The notes: a model not told the origin generated them from the letters alone. A stretch of 64,000 nt of DNA from Callorhinchus milii (GCF_018977255.1 NW_024704742.1:106144001-106208000), one strand, 5' to 3'; positions 25,217 through 37,350 are shown, numbered from the stretch's first letter. Made by a program: numbers and translations.

Positions 25217-25690
25217 TTAATTTTTTCCTCCTCCAATTTTTTCAACTCTGGTACTTTCTTCACGTGACCATTTCTTCATTTTGGAGCCCAGACAAATGAG
25301 CTCAGCAACTGTGCGGTGGCAGTACAGCTGAGACCAAACCTGATCTGATGCAATGTTCACAAATATACACTTTCCACTCCACCTATTTACACCTTCCAGT
25401 CCATGCACATTCACTTTACAGTCTACACGGGTATACACTTGTGAGGACTGTAAAGTGTATGTACACTTTGAGGTCTGTGCAGGTGCATTTTACAATCCAT
25501 GCATATACACTTTCCAGCAAGGACCACTGTACAGCAATTAGGAGAGATAATCTTGGCCAATTCCCCTGTCCTTAGCACAGGAGCACTGAGGCTGTTTATA
25601 GTGCCACACATTTTGATCCATCAGAGATCATCTCACATTATAAATTGGACTCTAATCTACAGGGACCTTTCTGATTTGTATAGCTCACCA
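25217..25690 (-). mobile_element. AmnSINE2-like ancient SINE with an internal palindromic insert
   Basis: Minus strand ggcactataaacagcctcagtgctcctgtgctaagg...gctggaaagtg...tgtctgggctccaaaatgaagaaatggtcac...gtacc...aaaattgg follows the AmnSINE2 consensus as I recall it. Confidence 0.6.
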
Positions 25691-25829
25691 GAAGAGTTAT
25701 GTTTATGTTTCTTTACTTTCTTATAACATATTGACCCAAGATATTTTCAAAGATGTTACATTATCTGACGTAGTCATCGGATAAACAAGAACTAGCATTT
25801 ATATAAGGCTATTTACATAAAAGAACTTA

Positions 25830-25915
25830 AGGTACAGATCAGCCATGATCTTACAGAACGGCAAACAACAAAACAGGCTTGAGGTGCTCAATGGCTTACT
25901 CCTGTTTCTATGTTT
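25830..25915 (+). mobile_element. CR1 3'UTR fragment
   Basis: ggtacagatcagccatgatc...aggcttgagg...aatggcttactcctgtttctatg. Confidence 0.8.
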
Positions 25916-26337
25916 TTGTGTTTCTGGACTTTAAACAAGACGCTAGAGAAATTTTGAGGTAAACAAGGAGATATGTCTTTAGAAGAATTTTGAAAATATG
26001 AAGAGAGGAAGCAAGTCAAAGTGATTTGGGATGAAATTTCCAGAAAACTGGAATATAAAAAAAATTGAGTATTAAATTGATCATCCACTTAATGGCTATT
26101 GTGGTACATTACTCTGTTCAAATTAGCTGATGGTTTCATCTACACAGTACAAATCAATCATTACACTTTATGGTAAGTCCTGTGATGCACTTTGAGGTAT
26201 TTCAGCATGTTAAGGGATTATTATGTATAGTGTTTGAATAAATTGGGCTCTGATGGTAGAGTGCAAGGAATGAGATATGAGCAGTAAACCAGTGCCAGAA
26301 GGGCAGAAAGTGCTAGCTGGGATGTACTGATGCCGAT

Positions 26338-26705
26338 TTTTTTGGGTCAGTTGCAGAAATTCATTACTATGCTAAAGAGTCTCCAAACCAAACTACTGAG
26401 AGTTCCACATGCACATGGAAATGTCCATTTGTATGGAATGGAGTGCGCACACTCTCCCTGCAACAATGGATGTTGGTCACTTAATCCTGGAATATTTAGG
26501 CACAGGTTTGAAAGAACTGAGGCTAAGAGACCCTAGAAGGCAAATTAAGGTGCTACTGGAATGTAACTGACTAAAACCCCATAGCTTGCCATTGTAAGCA
26601 CTGGCAGGAAAGCTTCCCACTACTTATCCAGCTAGGACCCTAAGCTTTGGCTTGCAGGGTTAACAGAAGTCAAGTGAAAAGAGTCCCAGCCCCCAGTGAC
26701 TAAAC
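26338..26705 (-). mobile_element. Family X copy
   Basis: tttttgggtcag...acatggaaat...catagcttgccattg...ccagctaggaccc...ttggcttgcagggttaa...ccccagtgact. Confidence 0.75.
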
Positions 26706-27266
26706 TAATTGCAGAATATTGGCCAGAACGGTCCTATTAGATTGGGGAGGGATTTGAAAACAAGGAAAATACCTTGAAATTGAACCGATGAAAGATGGAG
26801 GAAATGGAACTTGTCACAGGTGGGATGATGGTAGAATTGAAACTTGGTGTTGAGTGGCGGAATGGAACCAAGATAAAGAATTTGACCTTGCACAGAGACA
26901 AGGCAACAGATCTGATCATTTTAATATTATGCATAAGAAGTTTTAATCTCACCGTACCCATTAATTCATGCCTTATTAAACAATGTAACAATTATTTCTG
27001 TAAGTGTAATTATTCTGCATCTATTTTATGACTGGCATAACACTCTCAATTTTGTTGTTGTAAAAATGTTAATGAATGAGACTCGCGCCTAGCTTCAGTA
27101 TCAAGAAGTAAAGATGGATTGTAACATGGGGCAAGCGTTGATTGACTGAAAGATTCCTGCTTTCAAGGTTCTATTTTAAAACACAATTTTTTTTGTCAAC
27201 CTTGTAAAAAATGCAATATCACACATTCACTGTTGAATTCTCAGCTGAGAAGGGATTTCACCAATA

Positions 27267-27375
27267 CTAATAATTCTTGCATTTGATATAGAGCCTTATC
27301 ACGTCGTTGAGACGTCTCAAGGCGCTTCACAGGATATACTGTGAAGTGTAGTGACTGTATTTTTGTGAGCAAAAT
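27267..27375 (-). mobile_element. Deu-SINE 3' tail
   Basis: cttgcatttgatatagagccttatcacgtcgttgagacgtctcaaggcgcttcacagg. Confidence 0.85.
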
Positions 27376-27402
27376 GAGCCTGCATAAGTCATTAATTAAA
27401 TA

Positions 27403-27608
27403 CAGGGTGGTCCAACTGGAGACCCAGGGGCCAATTTAATCTGCCCCCTCTCCCACTCCGTCCACTTCATCTGGCCCACCCTCTCCTTCCTTAACCCGTC
27501 TATTTTGTGTTACTGGAAGTGAAACACAAAAATATTGCTTATGTGGCCGGCAGATGTTTCTTAAGTCGGGCATGCTGCCCTCAGCAGCCAACACATTGGA
27601 CTACCCTG
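27403..27608. mobile_element. hAT (Charlie-like) MITE
   Basis: TIRs cagggtggtccaa / ttggactaccctg; internal ggcc motifs; TSD not clearly preserved. Confidence 0.7.
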
Positions 27609-28494
27609 AACTACAAGAACTAATAAAAGGAGAGCATATAACTGTTGAATAAATTGCCAGAAGGTGAAAGGTTATTTCAGATACATGATATTTCCTGAGA
27701 TGCTGTGTACATTTCACAGGCAGAGGTAACATACAATATGCAATTCACAACTTAGTAGATGGTAAGCCATTCATTCAGAATGAAAAACATTCCTTTCTGC
27801 TGGCAAGGATTGAACCCTAACAGAATATTGAAATGGCTTTAATGATCCTATATGAGCTTGATGGACACTAACTTTATTGATGTTATGCTGGGTTTATGCA
27901 CTGGAGTGAATGTTTGAGAGAGGAGTAAATGAAGACTGATTTTTAATTGGAGAGTACTTGACACAAGACATTTTTGAAGGTTAAAGAGCTAAAATCTGTC
28001 AGTGTGAGTAAACTTTTGGTCTGATAAACTGAGTGGGAAAAAGACTAGAAGGTTGGCTGGTAAATATGTTGTTATCTTGAGGAGCAATGCAGCACCATCT
28101 GCTGTGTGTATAAGTAAGGAAAGATTGGGTTCAGAGCAAGGGGAAGTGCTGCATTTTAGTGCAATGATTTTGGTAGTAATGCAAAAATATCATCAACAAT
28201 AATATTAATTGTGGTGTGTTGATGACTGAAAAAATAACTGTACCCGAGTACATGAAGTTAGAACTTTCTTTACCAATTAATCTTCACATCACAATCATGA
28301 ATAGGCAAGGCCTTCAGCCCATCAGATCTCATCCCTCCAATACTGTATGATCAGTTTGTGGAATAGCTGGGATAGAGCAGCTGAACTCAATGTGAGAAGA
28401 GGTTGAATTGTCAGTGAGTACACCATAGTTCAATTAAGCTGGGATCAATATTTTTGACAGTTTGGGGGTGAAATTGCAGCATTTTAAAATTGTT

Positions 28495-28600
28495 TTCATT
28501 GCATTTGATATAATACCTTGGTTCGTCGATAAAATGTCCAAAAGCGCATCACGGTATTTACTGTACAATGCAGTGACTATATTTTGTAGGCGAAACTTAA
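28495..28600 (-). mobile_element. Deu-SINE tail fragment
   Basis: ttgcatttgatata...aaagcgcatcacgg...tattttgtaggcgaaac. Confidence 0.7.
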
Positions 28601-28699
28601 AGAGTACGTTAATTTATGGAAAATCATTAAAATATCTTTTGAAATAACCCCCACCCTCACCATGAGACTTTAAATAATATCAAAATTTTTACCCTACTC

Positions 28700-28850
28700 A
28701 GTCCATGGCTGTTTGTGGGACATTGCTGTACGCAACTGGCTACCGCATTTCACCTACAAAATAGTCAATCCACTTTGCAGTATATCCTGTTAAGCGCTTT
28801 GAGTTGTCTCAACAACATGATAAGGCACTATATCAAATGCAAGGATTCTT
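28700..28850 (+). mobile_element. Deu-SINE 3' half
   Basis: ctgtttgtgggacattgctgtacgcaactggc...ggcactatatcaaatgcaagg. Confidence 0.85.
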
Positions 28851-29380
28851 CTTCTCATGATTATCTTCAATCCTTGTAGATTTACGAGTTCAGAAAAAAG
28901 GAAACAAACTGTCCCTGATTAAGATTTGGTATCACAATATAGACTGATTTGTACTGTGTTGAATATTGATTCCTATTCTAAGTGTAGGTGAAATTGCTCT
29001 ATTAATCCTATAACACATCTTCATTCAAACTAGAGAGAATGGTTGTTCTTAATCATATTCCTTAGCATAGGTGAAACTGCACTGTGTGCCTTGTTGAACA
29101 ATGCTATTAAAGTATGGAAAGGAAACAATGACAGAATAAAAGATTTATGAACTAAAGGCCTGATAGATGGATAGCCAGATGAATGAGAGATAGATTCATA
29201 CATAGCAGACAGACATAAAAGAAACAGAAAGGATCAAAAGATAAAAGAGCATGTAAGGTAAGCAAGGTAAGCTATACAGAACTTCATGACTTTTTGTGAA
29301 GGTGACCTTGACAGTGGGTGATCATGTCATGACTGAATCTATTCTTTTTGTTGGAGAAAAATCACATCATGAGATGAAGT

Positions 29381-29562
29381 ACAACAACAACAACATGATT
29401 GCATTTATGGAGCGCCTTTCACGTTGGGAGGACGTCCCAAGGCGCTGAACAGTTGGGTCGGGACCCGAGCTTTGGGGGGAAATGGTCAGGGTGAGGGGAG
29501 GGAAGGGAGGGAGCGAGGAGGGGGTAGAGAGTCGAGAGGGGAGCTGAAGGCACGGTTGAAGA
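29381..29562 (-). mobile_element. L2 3' end (same subfamily as 14066-14770)
   Basis: Near-exact reverse complement of 14590-14770. Confidence 0.92.
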
Positions 29563-30062
29563 GAATAAGCCAATGATCACCAGTGGAACATAAAGGTATG
29601 GAGGAAGTTATCTCAGTTTGGTGCATCTAAAGTAGTTAGCCTTTTCTAGTTATGGTGTATAACAGTTATTGAGTTGCATTTGTTTCCGTAATTATCTTAC
29701 AATTTAATTTAAATTGAAACAAATGGCTCATACAAGGAGGCTTGTAAAATGGACTTCCTTTTCATTACTTAAACATCAGGGAAACAAGATTTCAATTGGA
29801 AGCAGTATTTCATTGGCTATTTATTGATAGGTTAATATAAAATCTTATTTTCTTGGGTAAATATGCAATAAATTCTTCAGCTGTTCACATCACATTATAT
29901 CCTCAATCGGCTCTGCTGATAATGTTCCAGAGAAAATTCCTGTTGGCAACATCTCATAAACAATCCAATGTCATGTTAAAGCAGTTTTAAATAATCCATA
30001 GCACACAAATATCACTCTTCATGCTGACTTTATTTTACTTGAAAAGGAGCTTAAGAAGGTGT

Positions 30063-30316
30063 TGTATAGTTACTTAGGTTGTACGTCCAGCAACAACATG
30101 TAACTGGAGGTACAGCAAAAGTAACTACACAGCTAACAGTTAAACATCTGAAACAAAATATTTCAAGTGAATAACTGTTAACTGTCGTTACCAGATCACT
30201 TTGGGATCCTGTATAACTTTCAGTATAACTGTTAACTGTATAGTTCTATATAGTTCTATACAGCTAACAGTTATCCTGCGAGTTATACTGGATCCCAAAG
30301 TAGTCTGGATGACAGT
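30063..30316. repeat. Chain of three overlapping imperfect palindromes
   Basis: Arms 30063-30090/30104-30131, 30121-30142/30172-30191 and 30181-30243/30256-30316. Confidence 0.85.
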
Positions 30317-30650
30317 AAATTGTGAAGTTTATGCTGATCTGCTGTAAAATTTACACCAAATGGCCACACAAAAAAACAATGTAAATTGGGTGAGACTTGC
30401 AAAGCCAAAACGATTTTCACTGCAGCTGATTTGCTGAGATCACATTGAAGACATTGTTTTGACAGGATACCCACTGAAACCACTACAGTATAAAAGCTCA
30501 AAGATGGTCCCTTCCCACAGTATAAACAAGGCAGTAGATGCAATGATAACAATTAAACTCGTACTCATAAAGTAGAAATGAATGATGTCTAAATTTGAAT
30601 TGATATGACATGAGCAAATTGTATGGTGTAGATAAGTATTAGCTCGCCAA

Positions 30651-30950
30651 AATAATAACTTGTATTTATGTAAGCGCCTTTCACATGAAATAAACATCTT
30701 AAAGCACTTTACAAAATAAAATTGATTGGAAATGAAGTGAATGTTGTTATATAAGCAAACGTGGGATCTAATCTGCACCAGCAGCATTCCCTAAATAATA
30801 ATGAGATGAACAACTAATTAATTTGAATTTGGCAGTAAATTTGGTTGAGAAAGAAATATAAATCTGGATAACCAGGAAAAAAATACACCTTTTGAATTCA
30901 TGATGTGTAGAGCGGCAGTCTTTTCATATCCACCTGAATTACAAGGCAGA
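30651..30950 (-). mobile_element. Degenerate Deu-SINE
   Basis: aacttgtatttatgtaagcgcctttcaca...tgcaccagcagcattccc...catatccacctgaa. Confidence 0.6.
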
Positions 30951-31109
30951 ACCTATGTTAATAATACAATTGAGTAAAGGATGATGATCTGGAAATAAAC
31001 AATAAAACAATATTTAATATAGAAGGTTGTTATGTGGACAAACAGTCATCAATTTACACCAGTAAATTACTATGACTACAGACCTGCAAATCAAAATAAG
31101 TAAAATCAA

Positions 31110-31660
31110 TTTAATAATCCTTGTATTTGTTGTAGCAGCTTTCATGGTGGGAGAATGTCTTGAAATCTTCACAGGATTTTACTGTAGTGTGTCATAACAA
31201 TGTATCTTGTAGGTAAATATGGCAGTCAATTTGCACCTATTTGGAAGATTGTTAGCCGGAACATTGGGAAAAACTCCCTTCTCTTTTTGAATAGTGCCTT
31301 GAAATATTTAATGCTACCTGAACAGGCAGTAACTTTGCCTGTTCAGGACTTTGGTTTGATGTCTCATTCAAAGGACATTTTGACTCTAATAATGCAGCAT
31401 GCCTCCAGCACTGTATTGAGGTGTTAGCCCAGACCAGTGGTGCCAACCTGTGGCCCACAGGCCAGAGATGGCCTGCAGGTGCCATCAAGAAGTGTCCCCG
31501 AATATTCATCTCAGGTTAGGTAAGTCCGTGTTTAATCGATAATGTGTTTTCAGTTTTTTCTTGATTGAATATTTTTTGATTTATGGCCATCACTGGGCTA
31601 GGCAATGAGCTCAAAGTTCAGAAGAGGGATTTGAACCCACACCATTAGCTATCAAGTTGT
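31110..31660 (-). mobile_element. Older Deu-SINE interrupted by a hAT MITE
   Basis: Tail, core and ...cactgtattgaggtgttagcc, resuming at ctaggcaatgagctcaaag...atttgaacccac. Confidence 0.6.
31435..31595. mobile_element. hAT MITE nested in a SINE
   Basis: Left end cagtggtgccaacctgtggcccacaggcc, right end ggccatcactg; flanks gcccagac/ggctaggc resemble a degenerate 8-bp TSD. A second hAT-like end (aggttggctgccactg) lies at ~31739-31754. Confidence 0.55.
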
Positions 31661-31755
31661 GATACCCATGGCGCTGCCATAAAAGAAGAATAAAGAAATA
31701 AAGAATAAAGAAAAATGTATTTGCTTGGCCACCCAAAAAGGTTGGCTGCCACTGG

Positions 31756-31870
31756 TGTAGATGCATTCAAGAGGAGGGAGTAAGGAGTGGGTGAAGACTC
31801 ATGCGGAGTATAAACATTGGCATGGACTGGTGGGCCGGGTGGCTTGTTTCTGATCTGTACATTCTTTGTA
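31756..31870 (+). mobile_element. CR1 3'UTR fragment
   Basis: gtagatgcattcaag...gactcatgcggagtataaaca...gggccgggtggcttgtttctg...attctttgtaa. Confidence 0.7.
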
Positions 31871-32803
31871 AATAAGTTGTAGACAAGGAATACAATAAGG
31901 AATATTTTGTAATTTACCCTTACGTTAATTGGAGGTATAGTTGGCAAATCTGCCATGGTCTGTCATGATCCAAAGAACCCCCACGTTATTGTAATAAGCG
32001 GGACTAGAACAGTTAAACTAACATCCAACAGAAAAGAAATTAAACAAATGTGCTTTCAAAGGAGTAAACACGAGTATATACATCTGAAGAAATAGTAAAT
32101 GTTTTGCAAATTCAGTGAGGTAGAATAGAAAATTGATTCGGCTTCGAATAAATAATTTCACAATTTAAAATAAAATGAGAAATGGCAGGTAATATAAGGG
32201 AACCACCTGCCCTGGTCACAACATTCAAATCTGCTTGATGTTTTGTGGAGGAGATAGAGTGGATGGACCTTTGTGTTCTCGAGCCAATTTTGCTCAGTGT
32301 AACATGATTTATAATTAGGCCTCAGTTAATTAGTCTCCTTAATCTCATATTATGCCACAGCTGCTTGTTTGTTATTATTCATTCCCAGGCAGAGTTAAAA
32401 TTAAAACAGATTTTTACAAAAACCATTTAACAAAGGTTAGTGCCTTACGGGAACAGCATCAAAGATTAGTACTGAATTATATCAGAATATACACATTTTA
32501 GCGACAGGTTGCAAAACAAATTCTATAGTTAATTTGTGACCTGAAATATTAATACTTTAGTGCTTCTGAGGTAAGATTAATTACAGTTGCTTTCAGAAAA
32601 CAGCAATTACTATGTTGTACAGTATAGTGCAGCTCAGTTTGTAAATTGAATTACTCAAAAACATTTATGAATGAATTTATTTAAATGTTCCTGGGATCGG
32701 CATCAAAATAGAATCTAGTTATTCCAAATAGTCTTTAGCTCAGTATTGGTCAGATGTACGATGAGCAAAATGATCTGAATCTTTTCCCTTTGTTAGAGGA
32801 ACG

Positions 32804-33244
32804 CAGTATTCCAGGGGGGCACTGCTGATGACAACACAGTCAGTCTGGCTCATAGGTAGGACCTGGAAGGGCAGAATAGTCACTAGGGGCAGGGAGTCAT
32901 CCCACTCAGCTTCTATTAACCCTGTAAGCCAAAGTCCTAATGGGTAGGATGGACCTAGCTGGACAAGCAGTAGGAAAGCTCGTCAGACAGCAATATCAAT
33001 GGCAAGCTATGCGGTTTTAGCTGGTTAGGCTCCAGCAGTACCCCAACACACAATCTGGGGTCCCCAAGGCTTGGTTCTTACCAACTTAAGCCTAATACTC
33101 TTCGGAATTAAATAAGAAAGATGTTTCCCTCAAGGAATTACAATGTGTAGTTGGGATTCTTTGAAATCTCAGGTTGGTTTGAATACTCTTAAACATGGTG
33201 ATGGGTTTCCGTATGTGTCAGACATCCGGCTGACCAAAAAAAAA
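32804..33244 (+). mobile_element. Family X copy (5' ~100 bp missing)
   Basis: cagtattccagg...cactgctgatgac...gcaatatcaatggcaagctatg...catggtgatgggtttccgtatgtgtcagacatccggctgacc followed by an A-run. Confidence 0.88.
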
Positions 33245-33619
33245 GTTACAAGGAACATTAGACAGGGATAATTCATATTTTGTTTCTGTGGCATAACCTG
33301 GAGATTTGTCTTCAGACAAATTATAGACAGCAATTGGTGCTAATATGTTCTGTAAATCACTGGGTGATTAGGTAATAAATATAAAATGAGGAAAGGCCAT
33401 TTTGGCCAAGTCTGCCCTGCAGCTTACTTGATGATGCATTCCACCCAATGTGAAAAGGCTTTGCAGAAAGTGTTATATCCGCAGTGTTATACATACCAGA
33501 GATAAATACTTATCAAAACTACTGATTTCTTTTAATCTGAAGCAGATCTATTTAATTGGCAAAGCCCAAACCCCCTTTTTGATCAGAAATGCATTTTAAA
33601 ATATCTGCATGTCAGTGTT

Positions 33620-33943
33620 ATAATAATAATAATAATCCTTGCATTTGATATAGCGCTTTTCACGTCGGGAGGACGTCCCAAAGCGCTTCACAGAACACAC
33701 TGTAAAGTGAATTGACTGTATATTTGTGGGCGAACGCGGCAGCCAATTGCGCACAGCAATGTCCCACAAACAGTCGTAGATTGAAAATGACCAATTTAAT
33801 TATTTTTTNGGTTTTTTGGAGGGATTATTATTAGGCGTGTGGAGTAAGGAAACTTGCCCAAGGTTTCGCCCTCTGCCTGGAATTGAACTCAGGTCTCTCA
33901 CTTGCAAAGCGAGTGCTCTAACCACTGAGCTACAGGACTCCAC
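33620..33943 (-). mobile_element. Young tRNA-derived Deu-SINE, short subtype, full length
   Basis: Minus strand gtggagtcctgtagctcagtggttagagcactcgcttTGCaagtgaga...gagttcaattcc (A and B boxes, Ala-like anticodon loop), Deu core, L2-like tail, (tta)n. Confidence 0.95.
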
Positions 33944-34274
33944 GTGTTGTACAACACATATAGGCTTTGAGATACAGGGTCAGCCCAATGTGACAGAGTT
34001 TCCTTTCTGCAATATAGAAACAATCAGAATGATCATTAACGGTACTTTGGAAAGGTTTAACAGCATTTAATGCTGTTTAAGAATGGAAGAGTATGTATTA
34101 ATGTATGTATAATTAAACTACAGGAGTGAAATTCCATTTGGAAATAAAATAAGCTGTGATTGTAAGAGGAGACTGCAATGAAGATTTATTTATTTAGAGA
34201 GATGTATTCAGACACACAGAATATGGTATAAGATGTTCTCTTCCATCCAAAAAAGGAAGTGTTTCAGCCCCATA

Positions 34275-34590
34275 TTTACAAAGGATGTACAACGTGAAAC
34301 GGGCCAATTGGGTTAACCAGTATGTTACGGTTTTATACTCCACACGAGTTTCCACCCATTCCTTACTCCCTCTCACACCCTTCTATTCCCGCTCCCTCAT
34401 GTGAAGGTCTATCTTCCTCTTGAATCCATCCACACTATTTGATTCAATATACTGCATGAAGTAGGTCCTTGTAAATTCTCTTTTTGATCCCCTAGTCGCC
34501 ATCTTATATTTGTGTCCCCTGGATAAGGACTCTCCAACCAGTGGAAACGGCTTATATATGTTAACCTTATTGAACTCTTTTATAATTTTA
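34275..34590 (-). mobile_element. CR1 3' fragment
   Basis: ORF 34383-34652(-) FKIIKEFNKVN...FPLVGESLSRGHKYK...FKRKIDLHM, followed by the 3'UTR. Confidence 0.85.
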
Positions 34591-35249
34591 AACATAATTT
34601 TATTTTTATCCTGATTGCAGTAACTTGCCAGCCATGGTATCATACTCTGCATGGATGTATGAGGGCTGTCATTACTGCTGTCAGGATAGACTGTATCGGT
34701 TGGGCCTTTTTCATAAGGGAAGAGATGATTAAGGTGGTACTTTATAGAAGTGTTTAATGTCTCTGCAATGACGTAACTACAGCATATGAAGTGACAGATA
34801 TTGATTTTTTCAACATGCCCAAAAGAAAAAAAAATTAATCATTCAATTAATAGAGAGCATGTTAGACTGATTATTTGAGGCATTATCTTTTTGTCAATGA
34901 ATGTCCTTTACAACGCAGCAGTTTGTGTGTTTTGAAGCTGGTTGTGAAATAGCTTTCATCGTTGAGGTTCCAAAGAGTTGCTATACTGGTTGAAATTCCT
35001 TGATTGTCAATTGGGTCACCTTGCTGCCATGGTCCATTGGGCACTCTGGTAATGAATCGTATTTATTGCCACTGTTGAATGTTGCCCTGTTAGAGGGTGA
35101 ATCTGCAGCTGTCAATGTGCTTAATTTTTAAAGTTCTTTCTGGATGATTGAGTGACATGACAGACAGGATGATTGCCGCAGACAATGGCAATACATACTG
35201 GAAGTGTTGCAGGATCTTGGTAACACACTCTGCTTTAAACATGTACTAA

Positions 35250-35880
35250 ATCTTCTTGTTCATAATATTCTAAGGGAACCAGATATCAGAGGCTCACATT
35301 TTCAGCAATGTTAATATATCTGCTCTGATGCTAGTCTGCAGCTACTACAGGGCATGAACTGCCAGAACATCATCGAATACAGGATCAGCGCCAACATTTT
35401 CATGTTGGTGATATATAGACTCAATAGCATCGGAAACAAATTGGTAGCAGTACAACACTCTGCAAGCAGACAATGATAATGAGTTAGTCAACTTGATGGG
35501 CTATTCAAAAAGCTCTGAAATGTGTTACTCACTCCACTGCAGACCATCCCAATTTGCTGGTGATACTCAAGTACATAATCATTTGAGAAAGAAAACTATC
35601 CCAGTCGCCACTGAGGCAAGAAATGTAACGTGGTACATCCCATGCCCTTGATCATGAAAGTATATACTTTAACCACATTTTGGCTCATTGGAGAATTATT
35701 CTACTGCTTTAGGACCTTAAAGATACAGAGGACGCAAGAATGTTGAACTCATCCAAACCTTTTATAACAATGGCAATGATGGATCAACATCCAGCTTTAT
35801 CTTGCTCAAATTAACTGTACTGATGTAAATCCTGAAGTCACCAACCATTATGGAGTTGATGGTTAGAGAGCTCAAAGGGT
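35250..35880 (+). mobile_element. Possible highly decayed Gypsy pol (RNase H to integrase) relic
   Basis: Scattered fragments QLLQGMNCQNIIEYR / HVGDI (cf. LQ.Y...I.Y.PG...VAD.LSR) and KSPTIMELMVREL (cf. SPAELL.GR.L); many stops and frameshifts. Confidence 0.3.
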
Positions 35881-36480
35881 ATATCAAGGTAATTGTTTTC
35901 CTACTTTTCTATTGATGGCATAAGAGCCGTTGTTGCCATACTTAAAATTCCGTCTAATCTTTGCCTGGTGACCAATTTATCTGAAAAAGTAAAGCACAAT
36001 AAAAAAGTCTTCAATTCAGTCTTTCATCTGAAACCTGCTTTTTTACAGTTTCTAAAGTGAAAATGCTTCTGAATTAAGACTGATCTTAAGGATTTTCCAC
36101 AGTTCTGTGCCGTGATTCTGTACTTTCTTGAATTTTACAACAATGTAGTGTTAAAGGCAAAAACTACAACACCACCAAAATTACATTTGTAAAGTACCTT
36201 TCACTTTGGGAGGATGTCCCAAGGCACTGAAGTGTTAGGGATCAGGACCTGACTAGATGGAATTAGGGACCACAGTAGTCAATTGAATGACAGAGAGACA
36301 CTTCAGTAATGCTCTGAATCCTACTCTGGGCCAGACAGGATGTGACCTACTGTTTGTTTACCTAGTTGAAGAAATAGCACGGAAATAGTTGGCAGGAGAG
36401 CTGTTGGCATGTAATGACTGATACGACTATTTGGGCTGAATGGCTTCTTTCTGTGCCATATCACTCTGTGTAAAACTCAC

Positions 36481-36646
36481 AACCTTTACCAGTGACTGAC
36501 CCTGATGGAACTGCATCAGCTGTTTCTGTTGCAGTTGGCTTGGTCCTTTCAGAAGCGGCACCTACTTGTGCTAGGCAACATGATGGAATGGAATTGGCAT
36601 TGAGTAGCCCATATGCTTCTTTGTCCACTCCATCGTTGCATGCCAT
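36481..36646 (-). other. Candidate 166-nt exon, open on both strands
   Basis: aaacag|ATGGCA...AAAGGTT|gtgagt encodes MACNDGVDKEAYGLLNANSIPSCCLAQVGAASERTKPTATETADAVPSGSVTGKG; not recognised. Confidence 0.3.
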
Positions 36647-37350
36647 CTGTTTTATGTCAACATAAAACAGTGGGTGAGGTTATCTATGACTATTTGGATT
36701 TATTCTACTACAGTTGCCAGTATCATTGCTGAAGGGAATTGGAGTTAGCCAGGATTGCATCTTGTAATTGTAACTTCAACATCTTTGCAGTGCCAGTGGA
36801 GCATTCCAAATAACTTATGTCCTTTCTATGGCCGTGTAAATGAAATCTCCATTAGCACTGCACCGGTTAATTAAATGATTCTCACTCTAATGTTTGTGCT
36901 GTGCCACTTTTTTGTTGTTTACAAATCTGTTCATGGTACTGAATTAGTTAACTGAGTATCGACTAATAGTGTGTGGGGCAGCTTGACTCATCTTTGACTT
37001 ACATAGCTTCAGCAGTTGTCTGCGCAGATGACCCAATAAGTGGTACCAAGGCAGTCAATTTTTGATTTTATTTCAGAATTACTGTTGGAAATGGAGGTCA
37101 TGGTATTTGAACTCCAGGGACAGAAAGATTGGAGGATGTAAGGCAGGAGAGAGTTCAGATTGATAGAGAGTCCCTTTGGTTAATAGTCGCAGCACGCAAG
37201 GCAGGAAAAAAACTTTACAGAAACTGGTTGAGGGAATCAAAGAAAGTCATGGATGTAACATGTAGAAGCATAGTGGTGTGAGTTGCTATGTGAAGGAAGG
37301 CAAAACATCTCAGGTAGCTCAGTCAGTTGAGCATCAACAACAACAGTTGT

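Noticed and set aside
32804-33244. Family X as telomerase RNA, 7SK, 7SL or snRNA pseudogenes
   Set aside because: No CTAACCCTAA template, H/ACA end or recognisable sequence of those RNAs was seen. An Rfam search is still advisable.
33810-33810. Single N here and at 45205
   Set aside because: Both sit in T homopolymers and reflect sequencing or assembly ambiguity, not biology.
33870-33943. tRNA-Ala-like genes here and at 37351, 54849 and 63670
   Set aside because: They run directly into the Deu core and LINE tail, with no matching acceptor 3' strand or terminator. They are SINE heads.
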